The notes: generated by a model not told the origin, from the sequence alone. Counted from the stretch's first letter, positions 29,742 to 39,289 are shown. The stretch: 64,000 nucleotides of DNA from an uncultured Pseudomonadota bacterium (GCA_964417635.1 CAYQIY010000011.1:33741-97740); one strand, 5' to 3'. Translations and numbers: made by a program.

Positions 29742-32177
29742 GTGGACGAACTAGCGATCGACCGCAAATTCGAGAAAGTCAACGAGATTGTCGAAAAACA
29801 CAACCGCAAAGTCTCGAGTCTGGTCACCATTTTGCAGGAGGTACAGCAAGAGTACAGGTACCTTCCGCAGGAAGTGATGACCTATATAGCTACTGCACTC
29901 GGGATACCGCCTGCGATGGTTTACGGCGTGGCCACGTTCTATTCACAGTTCTCGACCGAACCTAAGGGAAAGTACGTCGTAAGAGTATGCGACGGTACAG
30001 CTTGTCACGTGAGAGGATCAGATCCGGTACACTTCGCGATACGCAGAGCGGCGGGACTCAGTGGAGACAGAGTCACAACCGATGACCTCATGTTCACGGT
30101 TGAGACAGTCGCATGCGTCGGAGCGTGTGGGCTTGCACCGGTGGTGATGGTGAACGACGATAGGGTCTACGGCCAAGTGTCACCTCAGGAAGCAGCCATA
30201 CTCATAGAAGAACTGAGGACGGACAATCCGCCAGCAACCCGTTCCGAACAAGCGGTCGAGACAACCAAGTCGGCTGCGCGCGTCTTTGAACGGCTGAGCA
30301 ACAGGCGTGCCTTGGACGCGCTTCGCCAGTCTGCTCTTGACGCAGTGAAGAACCAGAAGGCACGGATTTTGGTGTGTATGGAGACTGCGTGCTTGGCAAA
30401 CGGCGCACAGCAGGTATATGAGGCGTTTAAGCAGCAAGTCAAGGCTAAGCAGCTGGGCGCAGAAGTAGTAGAACTGCGCGAGCCGGCTACACCCGGGGAT
30501 GTTGCGCTGGTAAAAGCAGGTTGCCACGGCTACTGTCAGATAGGTCCGCTGGTCAAGATTATGCCGCAAGACGTGTTGTACGCTCATGTCGGGCCAGAAG
30601 ACGTAGACGAAATCCTTGAGAAGACGATCGTAAAAGGCGAGATTATCGAGAGGCTGCTGTACAAAGACGCTGCAACGGGCGACACTGCAGTGTCTGAAGA
30701 ACAGAACCCGTTCTACAAAGGCCAGCGCAAAGTGGCGCTTGCTTTGTGTGGCCTAATAGACTCAGAAGACATATACGAGTACGTAGCATTTGGGGGATAC
30801 CAGGCGTTTGCCAAAGCGATATTCGAGTTATCACCCGAACGCGTGATCGATGAGGTTATTGGGTCTGGGCTGAGAGGCCGCGGAGGCGGTGGATTCCCCA
30901 CAGGTAAGAAGTGGCATTTCGCCAGGCAGGCTAAATCGGACACCAAGTACGTTATCTGTAATGCAGACGAGGGTGACCCCGGTGCGTTCATGGATAGAAG
31001 CGTCATGGAAGGCGACCCGCATCGGTTGCTCGAGGGAATGATGATAGCTGGCTATTCGATCGGCGCGAACGAGGGTTACATCTATGTTCGAGCCGAGTAT
31101 CCGTTGGCGGTGAAGAGACTGCGTAAGGCGATTGCTGAGGCTACTGCGCTTGGTCTTCTTGGAGACAACATTTTGGGCAGCGGCTTCGGGTTTCGCATTA
31201 ATATCAAAGAGGGAGCTGGTGCTTTCGTCTGCGGCGAGGAGACGGCACTTCTGGCATCGATGATGGGCGAAAGAGGCATGCCGAAGCCCAAACCTCCTTT
31301 TCCATCTGACTCAGGCCTTCTTGGAAAACCGACGATCATTAACAATGTCGAGACGTTTGTTAACGTACCCTCGATAATATCTGCTGGCAAGGAATGGTTC
31401 AGGTCGATGGGAACCGAACGAAGCCCCGGTACGAAGACCTTCGCTCTGGCCGGGCAAGTGGCGCGCACCGGTCTTATCGAGGTGCCCATGGGGATGAGTT
31501 TGAGAGATGTGGTGTTCGGAATCGGTGGCGGAATGCGGAGACCTGGGTACGAGTTCAAAGCGGTGCAGATAGGCGGGCCATCAGGAGGCTGTCTGACAAA
31601 AGAGCATCTCGACCTGCCGCTGGATTTCGATTCTCTAACCAGCGTAGGCGCCATGATAGGCTCAGGTGGTCTTGTGGTGGTGGACAGCGGAACGTGTATG
31701 GTTGAGATGGCCAAGTTCTTCATGGCGTTCGTGCAGAACGAGAGCTGCGGCAAGTGTGTACCGTGCAGAGAGGGCACCAAGCAGATGCTAGCTCTGCTGA
31801 ACAAGATAACCGAAGGCAAGGGTACGCTTCAGGACATAGACACGCTGTGCCACCTTGCGGATATGGTTAAGACGAGCGCGCTATGCGGACTGGGCAAGAC
31901 TGCTCCAAATCCAGTGCTGACCACGCTTCAGTATTTCAAGGACGAGTACCTTGCGCACGTCGTCTCAAAGCATTGCCCCGCCGGCGTATGCAAACAGCTA
32001 CAGAAGTACTGTATTGACTTGGAGAAGTGTAAGGGCTGCGGCTTGTGCAAGAAAGTGTGTCCCGTGGGCGCTATATCAGGCGAGATAAAGGGGCCTCACA
32101 CAATCGATCAAGAGAAATGCATCAAATGCGGGGCTTGCGTGGAACGCTGCAAGTTCAACGCGATCATCGTGTCATAG
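29742..32177 (+). CDS. Fused NuoE-like/NuoF-like NADH-binding hydrogenase subunit (HydC-HydB fusion)
   Basis: ORF 29604..32177 trimmed to GTG after GAGAGGTG (upstream part overlaps regulator); N-terminal 2Fe-2S NuoE-like domain (CDGTACH..CVGACGLAP), ~45 aa linker, then 2Fe-2S thioredoxin-like domain, NuoF FMN/NAD module (GRGGGGFPTGKKW, ESCGKCVPCREG) and C-terminal 2x[4Fe-4S]; no stop between the E-like and F-like parts. Confidence 0.85.
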   Translation: MDELAIDRKFEKVNEIVEKHNRKVSSLVTILQEVQQEYRYLPQEVMTYIATALGIPPAMVYGVATFYSQFSTEPKGKYVVRVCDGTACHVRGSDPVHFAIRRAAGLSGDRVTTDDLMFTVETVACVGACGLAPVVMVNDDRVYGQVSPQEAAILIEELRTDNPPATRSEQAVETTKSAARVFERLSNRRALDALRQSALDAVKNQKARILVCMETACLANGAQQVYEAFKQQVKAKQLGAEVVELREPATPGDVALVKAGCHGYCQIGPLVKIMPQDVLYAHVGPEDVDEILEKTIVKGEIIERLLYKDAATGDTAVSEEQNPFYKGQRKVALALCGLIDSEDIYEYVAFGGYQAFAKAIFELSPERVIDEVIGSGLRGRGGGGFPTGKKWHFARQAKSDTKYVICNADEGDPGAFMDRSVMEGDPHRLLEGMMIAGYSIGANEGYIYVRAEYPLAVKRLRKAIAEATALGLLGDNILGSGFGFRINIKEGAGAFVCGEETALLASMMGERGMPKPKPPFPSDSGLLGKPTIINNVETFVNVPSIISAGKEWFRSMGTERSPGTKTFALAGQVARTGLIEVPMGMSLRDVVFGIGGGMRRPGYEFKAVQIGGPSGGCLTKEHLDLPLDFDSLTSVGAMIGSGGLVVVDSGTCMVEMAKFFMAFVQNESCGKCVPCREGTKQMLALLNKITEGKGTLQDIDTLCHLADMVKTSALCGLGKTAPNPVLTTLQYFKDEYLAHVVSKHCPAGVCKQLQKYCIDLEKCKGCGLCKKVCPVGAISGEIKGPHTIDQEKCIKCGACVERCKFNAIIVS

Positions 32178-32189
32178 GGGGCGATATTC

Positions 32190-34208
32190 ATGGCAGGGGC
32201 TCCGTCAGTCAAGATCAACGGACGAGCGTGCAAGATAGACGGCGAAACCAACATACTCGAGTTGGCCAGAAAGCAAGGTATAGACATTCCATCGTTCTGT
32301 TACCACTCAGAATTGAGTGTGTACGGGGCGTGCAGAATGTGCCTGGTCGACGTTGAGGGAATGGGGCTTGTAGCAGCGTGCTCCACCGTGCCAAGAGATG
32401 GTATGGTCATCGAAACGATGACCGAAAAGGCACAAGCAGTGCGCAAGACGATACTCGAATTACTGCTTGCCAACCATGACAGAGAGTGTACGGCGTGCGA
32501 CAAAAACGGCTCGTGCAAGCTGCAAAAACTCGCATACCAGCTAGGCGTGGATAGAGTGCGCTTCGGTACGCCTGAACTCATGGCGCAAGTAGACCTAGAT
32601 GGACCTGCTATAGTGCGCAATCCCAACAGATGCATATTGTGCGGCGATTGCGTGAGAATGTGCCGCGAGATCCAGGGGATTGGCGTGCTGGACTTCACAC
32701 ACCGAGGCCCAAAGACGAGTGTGGAGCCCGCTTTCGGCAAGAAACTCACCGAAGTGGAGTGTGTCAACTGCGGTCAGTGCATAGCGGTGTGTCCGACCGG
32801 CGCGCTGACGGCAAAATCACAGGTTACCGGCGTGTGGGGTGCACTGCACGACGAGACTAAGACCGTCGTTGTGCAAATTGCGCCGGCCGTGCGTGTGGCT
32901 ATAGGCGAGGAGTTTGGACTGGGCGCGGGAGAGGTAGCAACAGGCAAGATTGCCGCGGCTATGAGGCTTATGGGGTTCGACTATGTGTTCGACACCACAT
33001 TCGCGGCAGATCTCACCTCGGTCGAAGAGACTCACGAATTCGTCCAAAGGCTTACGGCAGGTCAGAAACTGCCTCACCTTACGTCATGCTGTCCGGGCTG
33101 GGTGAAGTACTGTGAGCAGTTCTATCCTGGCATGCTCAAGAATCTGTCAACCTGCCGGTCGCCTCAGCAGATGTTTGGATCTATGGCAAAGCACTATTTT
33201 GCTTCCAGCATCAACAAGAAGGCTTCGGATCTGACTGTGGTGTCCGTGATGCCGTGCACTGCCAAGAAGTTCGAGGCAGAACGGCCAGAGTTCGCGGACA
33301 AAGACCAAAAAGATGTGGACTTCGTGCTCACAACCGTAGAACTAGCACGCATGATAAAAGAGTCCGGGATACTGTTTGACGAAATAGAGCCCGAGGCGAT
33401 GGATGTGCCTCTCGGACTGGGAACCGGAGCAGGCGTGATATACGGCGTCACCGGCGGCGTGGCTGAGGCGGTATTGCGCACAGCATACAGCATGTTAAGT
33501 GGCGGTAAGATCGACCATCTCGAGTACCAGGAAGTGCGCGGTATGGAGGGGGTCAAGACTGCCGAGATAGAAATCCTCGGAAACAAGGTCAAACTTGCCG
33601 TGGTGAGCGGCCTTGCCAACGCCAAGCGAGTGCTTGACGCCGTGAACGCCGGAGAGATGACATGCCACATCATAGAGGTCATGGCGTGTCCAGGCGGCTG
33701 CGTCGGAGGAGGCGGACAGCCGTACCCGAACGATACACGCGTCAGAGCACGTAGAGGGAAGGGGCTCTACACTCTCGACAGACAGATGCAGCTGAGACAT
33801 CCAACCGAGAACGTGTACGTCAAGATGCTGTACGATAAGTGGCTTGGTGAGCCAGGCAGTGAAGTGGCACATCGCGCACTGCACACGACCTACTATCCGA
33901 GACGCAGAATCAGTGGAGAAGTGATTGAAGGCATCATGAAGGCTCAGTGCGATGCGCCGGTGCGAGTGTCGGTCTGTGTGGGTACAGGTTGCTACACTCG
34001 CGGTTCGTACGAAGTGCTTGCGCGGATCCGCGAACTGGCAGAAGCATATGGGTTGGAGGGTTCTGTCGAAGTGACGGCGACGTTCTGTTTGGAGCGCTGT
34101 TCTGAGGGCGTGAGCGTAAGAGTTGGAGATCAGATCGTAACCGGAATAAATCCCGACAATGTCGAAGAACTGTTCAAGCACAAAGTGCTTGCGCAGGTCT
34201 CCAACTAA
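32190..34208 (+). CDS. hydA: [FeFe]-hydrogenase catalytic subunit HydA
   Basis: H-cluster motifs L1 TSCCPGW, L2 MPCTAKKFE, L3 EVMACPGGCVGGGGQP; N-terminal 2Fe-2S + [4Fe-4S] domains; extra C-terminal thioredoxin-like 2Fe-2S domain. Confidence 0.92.
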   Translation: MAGAPSVKINGRACKIDGETNILELARKQGIDIPSFCYHSELSVYGACRMCLVDVEGMGLVAACSTVPRDGMVIETMTEKAQAVRKTILELLLANHDRECTACDKNGSCKLQKLAYQLGVDRVRFGTPELMAQVDLDGPAIVRNPNRCILCGDCVRMCREIQGIGVLDFTHRGPKTSVEPAFGKKLTEVECVNCGQCIAVCPTGALTAKSQVTGVWGALHDETKTVVVQIAPAVRVAIGEEFGLGAGEVATGKIAAAMRLMGFDYVFDTTFAADLTSVEETHEFVQRLTAGQKLPHLTSCCPGWVKYCEQFYPGMLKNLSTCRSPQQMFGSMAKHYFASSINKKASDLTVVSVMPCTAKKFEAERPEFADKDQKDVDFVLTTVELARMIKESGILFDEIEPEAMDVPLGLGTGAGVIYGVTGGVAEAVLRTAYSMLSGGKIDHLEYQEVRGMEGVKTAEIEILGNKVKLAVVSGLANAKRVLDAVNAGEMTCHIIEVMACPGGCVGGGGQPYPNDTRVRARRGKGLYTLDRQMQLRHPTENVYVKMLYDKWLGEPGSEVAHRALHTTYYPRRRISGEVIEGIMKAQCDAPVRVSVCVGTGCYTRGSYEVLARIRELAEAYGLEGSVEVTATFCLERCSEGVSVRVGDQIVTGINPDNVEELFKHKVLAQVSN

Positions 34209-34250
34209 TGGAGAACGGTCGACTAACGGATATTCCGAAAGGAGTCGACA

Positions 34251-34502
34251 GTGTTGATTACCGTCCAGGTTTGCATGGGGAGCTCCTGCTATATAAGGGG
34301 TTCGGCCAAGGTGGTTGAGACGTTAAGAAGACTGATAGAGCGAAATGGTCTTCTGAACAAAGTCGTGCTGAAAGGCAGCTTCTGCATGGAGCGCTGCACG
34401 CACGGAGTCACAATCAAAATAGATGACAGCCTTTTTACAGGTGTTCACCCAGAGGACATTGAACAGCTGTTCAGTCGCGAAGTGCTCGCACGCATTTCGT
34501 GA
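34251..34502 (+). CDS. Small thioredoxin-like [2Fe-2S] ferredoxin (NuoE-like fold)
   Basis: 83 aa, four Cys (CMGSSC...CMERC); paralogous to the C-terminal domain of HydA; GTG start after AAAGGAG. Confidence 0.7.
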   Translation: MLITVQVCMGSSCYIRGSAKVVETLRRLIERNGLLNKVVLKGSFCMERCTHGVTIKIDDSLFTGVHPEDIEQLFSREVLARIS

Positions 34503-36265
34503 CCCGAATAGAGGAGGTGGCGGCTCTCGTGGGGATCATCTCGACGATAGAAGCTAGGTGCAAGGATTGCTACAAGTGCCTAAGGGCATGTCCGGTCAAG
34601 GCGATAAAATTTGTGCCGGGAGATGCATCGGGTGAATTGCACGCTCGCGTGGTCGACGATATGTGTGTGCTTTGTGGTACGTGTGTAAAAGAGTGCCCTC
34701 AAAACGCCAAGAAGGTTCGTGAAGACCTGGACGTTGTCAAGCACATGCTTGAGTCAAAGCGACCGGGCGTGCCCATCGGCGTTAGCATTGCACCGTCGTT
34801 TGTGTCGGGTATGATGCTTGAAGAGCCGCTCGGCATAGTGAGCGCACTCAAGCGACTGGGGTTCGATGTGGTAGAGGAAACCGCGATAGGTGCTGCGCTT
34901 GTGGCTAAGTTTCACTCAGAATACGAACCGGACTCACAGCCTAAAGTCATAGGTACTGCGTGTCCGGTAGTGGTGAACCTCGTAGAGAAGTACTATCCGG
35001 ACGCAATAAGCAGCATGACACCTGTCGTTTCTCCCATGATAGCGCATGCTCGCGACCTTCGCGCGCGCCACCCTGGGATTCAGGTTGTGTTCATCGGGCC
35101 TTGCTTTGCCAAGAAGAGTGAGGCAGAGGAAGCTTACGGCAGTTCTGAGGTGGCGGCGGTGTTGACGTTCGCCGAACTGGCGAAGTGGTTCGAAGAAGAG
35201 GGCATAGACCTCGAGCAGATGCAGCCAGCAGAATTCGAAGGGCCGAATCCAGGCACCGCACGCTTTTTCCCGCTAGAGGGCGGCCTGCCTCATACAGCTT
35301 CGATGGAAACCGGAGTAGGCGCAAAAACTACTCTCGCTGTATCAGGTATCGAAGAGTGCATGGATTTCCTTAAGATGGCGCAGGAAGACAACCCCCTGAT
35401 AAAAGACATCGCAGTGGCTGATCTTCTAGCATGCAGAGGCGGCTGCATAAACGGCCCGGGCATCGCGACTACTGCAGACCAGTTCACGCGAAGAGCACAC
35501 CTTGTGCAGTATGCTGCAGCGAAAAAGCGCTTGACGTGCGAGGTAGATGAACCCAGCGCCGAAGATATCGATCTCTCGCGCGCATTCTGCTCCAAACAGC
35601 CCAAACTGCGTCAGCCTACAGAACAAGAAATACGGCAGATTCTCGAGCGTACTGGCAAGATGACAGAGGCTGACGAACTGAACTGCGGTTCATGCGGATA
35701 CAGTTCGTGTAGGGCAAAAGCCATAGCGGTGTACCAAGGACTGGCTGAGATAGAGATGTGCCTTCCGTACATGCGCTCAAAGGCAGAGTCGCTCTCGAAC
35801 TCGGTTGTGGAGCATGCACCAGACGGCATCGTAGTCGTTGACAGTGCTTGCCGAATAGTCCAGGTAAACCGTTCGTTTGAACGGATGTTTGGGTCAGGTG
35901 CCAAGAACGTTTTGGGACAGCCACTTGCGAACATCATTGATTCTGAGAACTATGAGCGGGTTCTCAGTGAGCACAAGCCCATCATGGTGACATGTGCGTA
36001 TCCGAAATATGGAGTGGTGACGCTCCAGACCATATTCTATATGCCTGACCAGAGGCTCGCGGTCGGTATAATGGCCGACATCACCGAAGAAGAGAAGCGC
36101 AAAGAAGCCATGCTGAAACTCAAAGCCGCTACCATGACTCGGGCACAAGAGGTCATCAACAAGCAGATGAAGGTGGCGCAGGAAATAGCGAGCCTTCTGG
36201 GAGAGACTACCGCAGAGACCAAAGTGCTGCTTTCAAAAATCATTGAACTAAACCGCCAGGACTGA
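34499..36265 (+). CDS. hydS: Putative sensory [FeFe]-hydrogenase HydS (ferredoxin + degenerate H-cluster domain + PAS)
   Basis: N-terminal 2x[4Fe-4S] ferredoxin motifs; H-domain with altered motifs (TACPVV, GPCFAKK, LACRGGCINGPG); Cx2Cx4Cx16C motif (CGSCGYSSC...C) then PAS-like domain; start may be ~34529. Confidence 0.8.
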   Translation: MTRIEEVAALVGIISTIEARCKDCYKCLRACPVKAIKFVPGDASGELHARVVDDMCVLCGTCVKECPQNAKKVREDLDVVKHMLESKRPGVPIGVSIAPSFVSGMMLEEPLGIVSALKRLGFDVVEETAIGAALVAKFHSEYEPDSQPKVIGTACPVVVNLVEKYYPDAISSMTPVVSPMIAHARDLRARHPGIQVVFIGPCFAKKSEAEEAYGSSEVAAVLTFAELAKWFEEEGIDLEQMQPAEFEGPNPGTARFFPLEGGLPHTASMETGVGAKTTLAVSGIEECMDFLKMAQEDNPLIKDIAVADLLACRGGCINGPGIATTADQFTRRAHLVQYAAAKKRLTCEVDEPSAEDIDLSRAFCSKQPKLRQPTEQEIRQILERTGKMTEADELNCGSCGYSSCRAKAIAVYQGLAEIEMCLPYMRSKAESLSNSVVEHAPDGIVVVDSACRIVQVNRSFERMFGSGAKNVLGQPLANIIDSENYERVLSEHKPIMVTCAYPKYGVVTLQTIFYMPDQRLAVGIMADITEEEKRKEAMLKLKAATMTRAQEVINKQMKVAQEIASLLGETTAETKVLLSKIIELNRQD

Positions 36266-36272
36266 GGCCGAT

Positions 36273-37424
36273 ATGCAGCTTTTCTATGAAGTGGGATACT
36301 CGCAGCTCAACAAGAACAACGAAGAACTGTGTGGCGATAGCGTCGAAGTAACTCGCACTCGCCGCTCAACGATCGTCACGGTGTCTGACGGGCTGGGTAG
36401 CGGCGTCAAGGCTAACATTCTGTCGTCTCTGACCACCAAGATGGCAGCCACCATGCTGAAAAAAGGTTCAGCTGTGGACGAAGTGATCGAGACGCTGGTG
36501 GGTACGCTGCCCACATGTAAGGTCAGAAAGCTGGCCTACAGCACTTTCACCGTGGCAAAGTTGGATACTGACGGCAGCATCTACATAGCCGAATACGATA
36601 ACCCTCCGGTGATGTCGGGCTCAGCGCAGGCTCAGCTGGACGTAAGGTTTTGTGAGCGGGAAGTCGGCGAAAAGACGATTCGCGAGGCTCGGTTTCGGGC
36701 GAAGCCAGGAGACTGGCTCGTGATAGTGAGCGACGGCGTACTGCACGCCGGTATAGGAGGAGTCTGGAACCTCGGGTGGGGTTGGGACAGAGTATCCAGC
36801 TACGTGAGCCGACTCGCGGCGAGTGGTCTTAGCGCAGACGAACTGGCAGCAGATGTCACGTCTTTGTGCAACAGGCTCTACGGAGCAATGCCCGGGGATG
36901 ATGCCACTTGCGTGGCGATTAGAGTCAGGGAGCCGCGGCATCTCGCACTGATGGTAGGCCCACCGGCAGACCCAAAAGACGACGAGATTGCCGTGCAGCG
37001 CCTGCTCGAGTGCCCAGGCAGGAAGGTGGTCGCCGGTGGCACAACCGGGAACCTGGTAGCCCGTGCGCTAGGCAAGCCCATAACAGTCGACCTTGGTTCG
37101 TGTTACGAGGACGTGCCTCCGACAGGTGTTATCGAGGGCATCGATCTTGTGACCGAAGGTATGCTCACGCTTGTAAAGACGCTTGAACACCTGAGGAAGA
37201 ATACATCTCTGTCCCGGTTTGAAGGTAGAAGAGACGGTGCAAGCAGGCTGGCTCGCGCTTTGCTTGAAGCCGACAAGGTGCACGTAATAGTAGGACGCGC
37301 CATAAATCCGGCTCATCAGAGTCGTGATGTGCCTGCGGCACTTGCGCTAAAGAGCCAACTCATAGACGACATAATACGCGAACTACGAAAGAGGCAGAAG
37401 CGGGTGAGCGTTGAGTATCACTGA
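36273..37424 (+). CDS. SpoIIE/PP2C-family serine phosphatase with C-terminal uncharacterised domain
   Basis: 383 aa; PP2C-like N-terminal half (GDSVEV..VSDGLGSG..., VSDGVLHAG, DDATCVAI); follows hydS with 7-nt gap. Confidence 0.75.
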   Translation: MQLFYEVGYSQLNKNNEELCGDSVEVTRTRRSTIVTVSDGLGSGVKANILSSLTTKMAATMLKKGSAVDEVIETLVGTLPTCKVRKLAYSTFTVAKLDTDGSIYIAEYDNPPVMSGSAQAQLDVRFCEREVGEKTIREARFRAKPGDWLVIVSDGVLHAGIGGVWNLGWGWDRVSSYVSRLAASGLSADELAADVTSLCNRLYGAMPGDDATCVAIRVREPRHLALMVGPPADPKDDEIAVQRLLECPGRKVVAGGTTGNLVARALGKPITVDLGSCYEDVPPTGVIEGIDLVTEGMLTLVKTLEHLRKNTSLSRFEGRRDGASRLARALLEADKVHVIVGRAINPAHQSRDVPAALALKSQLIDDIIRELRKRQKRVSVEYH

Positions 37425-39139
37425 GGTTTGGCTGTGCGCGCATCTGTCGGGTCAACTGCTATCGTGCGGTGGTGGTCGTATATGACCATGCCCGGTCTTG
37501 AACCAGGCGGTTTTCGGACGTGCTTGACGTGCGTGTAATCCACGAGCACCTTTGTGGAATGCCTTGCCTTGCTGTACGCGGCTGCGATAGCGGCCGCTTC
37601 TTTGATTGACTGCTGCTGCACATCACCCCTGTTTCTCAGGATTACGTGCGCACCCGGAACATCTTTTGCGTGAAACCATAGATCGTCGGGTTTTGCCACG
37701 CGGTTAGTGAGGTAGTCGTTCTGCTTGTTGTTCGTTCCGAACAGTACTTCGTCTCCGAGCGAGGTCCGGATTGCCTGAAAATAGGGTGTTGACTGGCCAG
37801 TACGACTCGGCTTTGAGCGTGTTCTCGTTTCTCTGGGCTTGTAAAACCCTTGCTGTGTGAGTTCAGATCTGACGTCTTCAATGTGTTGTACTGAGCATGC
37901 AAATTCGAGCGATTCAAGCACGCCCTCAAGATAAGCGAGATCGGCCTGATCGCTCTGTACTTGAGGCAAGAGCGCCTCATACCTCGCTCTCTCTTTAGAG
38001 TACCTGCGGTAGTACGACTGAGCGTTCTCGGATGCCGACTTTCGTGGGTCAAGCTCGACTCTTATCGCCGTGCCTTCTGCTGGATCGAGCAGTTCGACCG
38101 AGCGCCCGCCGGCGGCCAATACAGACCTGACTTCGGGCAGGTAGGTGAGAATGAGGTCGGCCTTGTGTTTTAGTGCGTCGCGTTCTAGCGATTTGCTTAT
38201 CTCTTTGCTACGCACTTCAAGACGTCTCCTGATTCTCTGGATGCACGTGCCGAGCACCTGCCGGACAGAATGCGCCTGCGTTTGCACATCTTCAATAGAC
38301 TTGAGTTCTGAGTAGAAACGGTCGAGCGCTTCACTCACATCGCAGAAGGTTTCTCGACTGGTGTGCTGGATACCGAGTTCCACCACATGCACTTCAAGCG
38401 GTTTTCCGGATGCGTCGAAGTAGATGTGGGCTGCCTGCTGCTGTGATTCACGCCAGATATCACGCGTTGCCATGGATAGCGCCTCTGCAGGGCAGTAAAG
38501 CGTCTCCAGGTGTCTGGAGCGCTGACACACCTCGCGCGCAAGCAGCGGCCCAAAACCTCTAACACACGAAAGCACCGCTCGCTCGCAGTCTGTGACGGCA
38601 TTGCCGAACGTATCTTTTGTCACACACGTGGGCGGAGTTTTGCCAGGAGGAGGAGGAGGTTCATATGCCATACCGGGTAGTAACTGCCTATACCTGTTGT
38701 GCGAAGCGTGAACCGGACGCATAACCCCCGCTATCCCGAGATCAGAGTCACAGAGTATCAGGTTGCTTCGCTTCGCCATTATTTCGATTACCAGCGACAA
38801 CTTCTGTGCGTCTCCTATCTCGTTGCTGCTCAGCACATCTATATGCACCACTCGCTCCATCTCAGGCTGATACACTCGCTCAATTCGGCTTCCTTCAAGC
38901 CGGCGCCTCAGCAGCATACAGAACGCTGGCGGGTGGTCTCCTGTGCGCCTCGGGTTGTCCGTGAAGTGAAGCCTGGCATTACGCGCATCAATAGATACGA
39001 GCAGGTACATGTTAAGCCCCGACTTGCGGAGGCTGAGTATGACCTCGCTGACCGACGGCTGGTCAACTCTCATAACGCGTGCGCCTACGGAGCGAGCTGC
39101 AACCTGCTTTGCGACGACACTCAGCAAAAGTGCATCCAC
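37418..39139 (-). CDS. rqcH: NFACT-family ribosome quality-control protein RqcH / fibronectin-binding protein A
   Basis: ORF 37418..39202 (-); start trimmed to GTG (Val22) by alignment with RqcH N-termini (..RVDQPSVSEVILSLR.., FCMLLRRRLEG); start uncertain. Confidence 0.75.
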   Translation of the reverse strand: MDALLLSVVAKQVAARSVGARVMRVDQPSVSEVILSLRKSGLNMYLLVSIDARNARLHFTDNPRRTGDHPPAFCMLLRRRLEGSRIERVYQPEMERVVHIDVLSSNEIGDAQKLSLVIEIMAKRSNLILCDSDLGIAGVMRPVHASHNRYRQLLPGMAYEPPPPPGKTPPTCVTKDTFGNAVTDCERAVLSCVRGFGPLLAREVCQRSRHLETLYCPAEALSMATRDIWRESQQQAAHIYFDASGKPLEVHVVELGIQHTSRETFCDVSEALDRFYSELKSIEDVQTQAHSVRQVLGTCIQRIRRRLEVRSKEISKSLERDALKHKADLILTYLPEVRSVLAAGGRSVELLDPAEGTAIRVELDPRKSASENAQSYYRRYSKERARYEALLPQVQSDQADLAYLEGVLESLEFACSVQHIEDVRSELTQQGFYKPRETRTRSKPSRTGQSTPYFQAIRTSLGDEVLFGTNNKQNDYLTNRVAKPDDLWFHAKDVPGAHVILRNRGDVQQQSIKEAAAIAAAYSKARHSTKVLVDYTHVKHVRKPPGSRPGMVIYDHHRTIAVDPTDARTAKPQ

Positions 39140-39289
39140 GATGGTATTACACAGCCTTTCCGATTGCTGACTACACCAGTATACCACAGCCGTTGAGTGC
39201 ACTTTTTGCGAGGCACAAAGCCGAAATTAGGTGGTGCAAGCCGAACTCGGCAGGCGTAGAATTGTGCTTGTAGAGAGGGGTGAACTGCC

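Noticed and set aside
31082-31819. 245-aa minus-strand ORF inside the NuoF-like gene, and similar antisense ORFs at 33495..34181 and 15468..16046
   Set aside because: All lie antisense to strongly supported coding genes and translate to low-complexity Pro/Ser/Arg-rich sequence
38699-39196. 165-aa plus-strand ORF overlapping the 5' part of rqcH
   Set aside because: Antisense to the conserved NFACT N-terminal domain; no motifs
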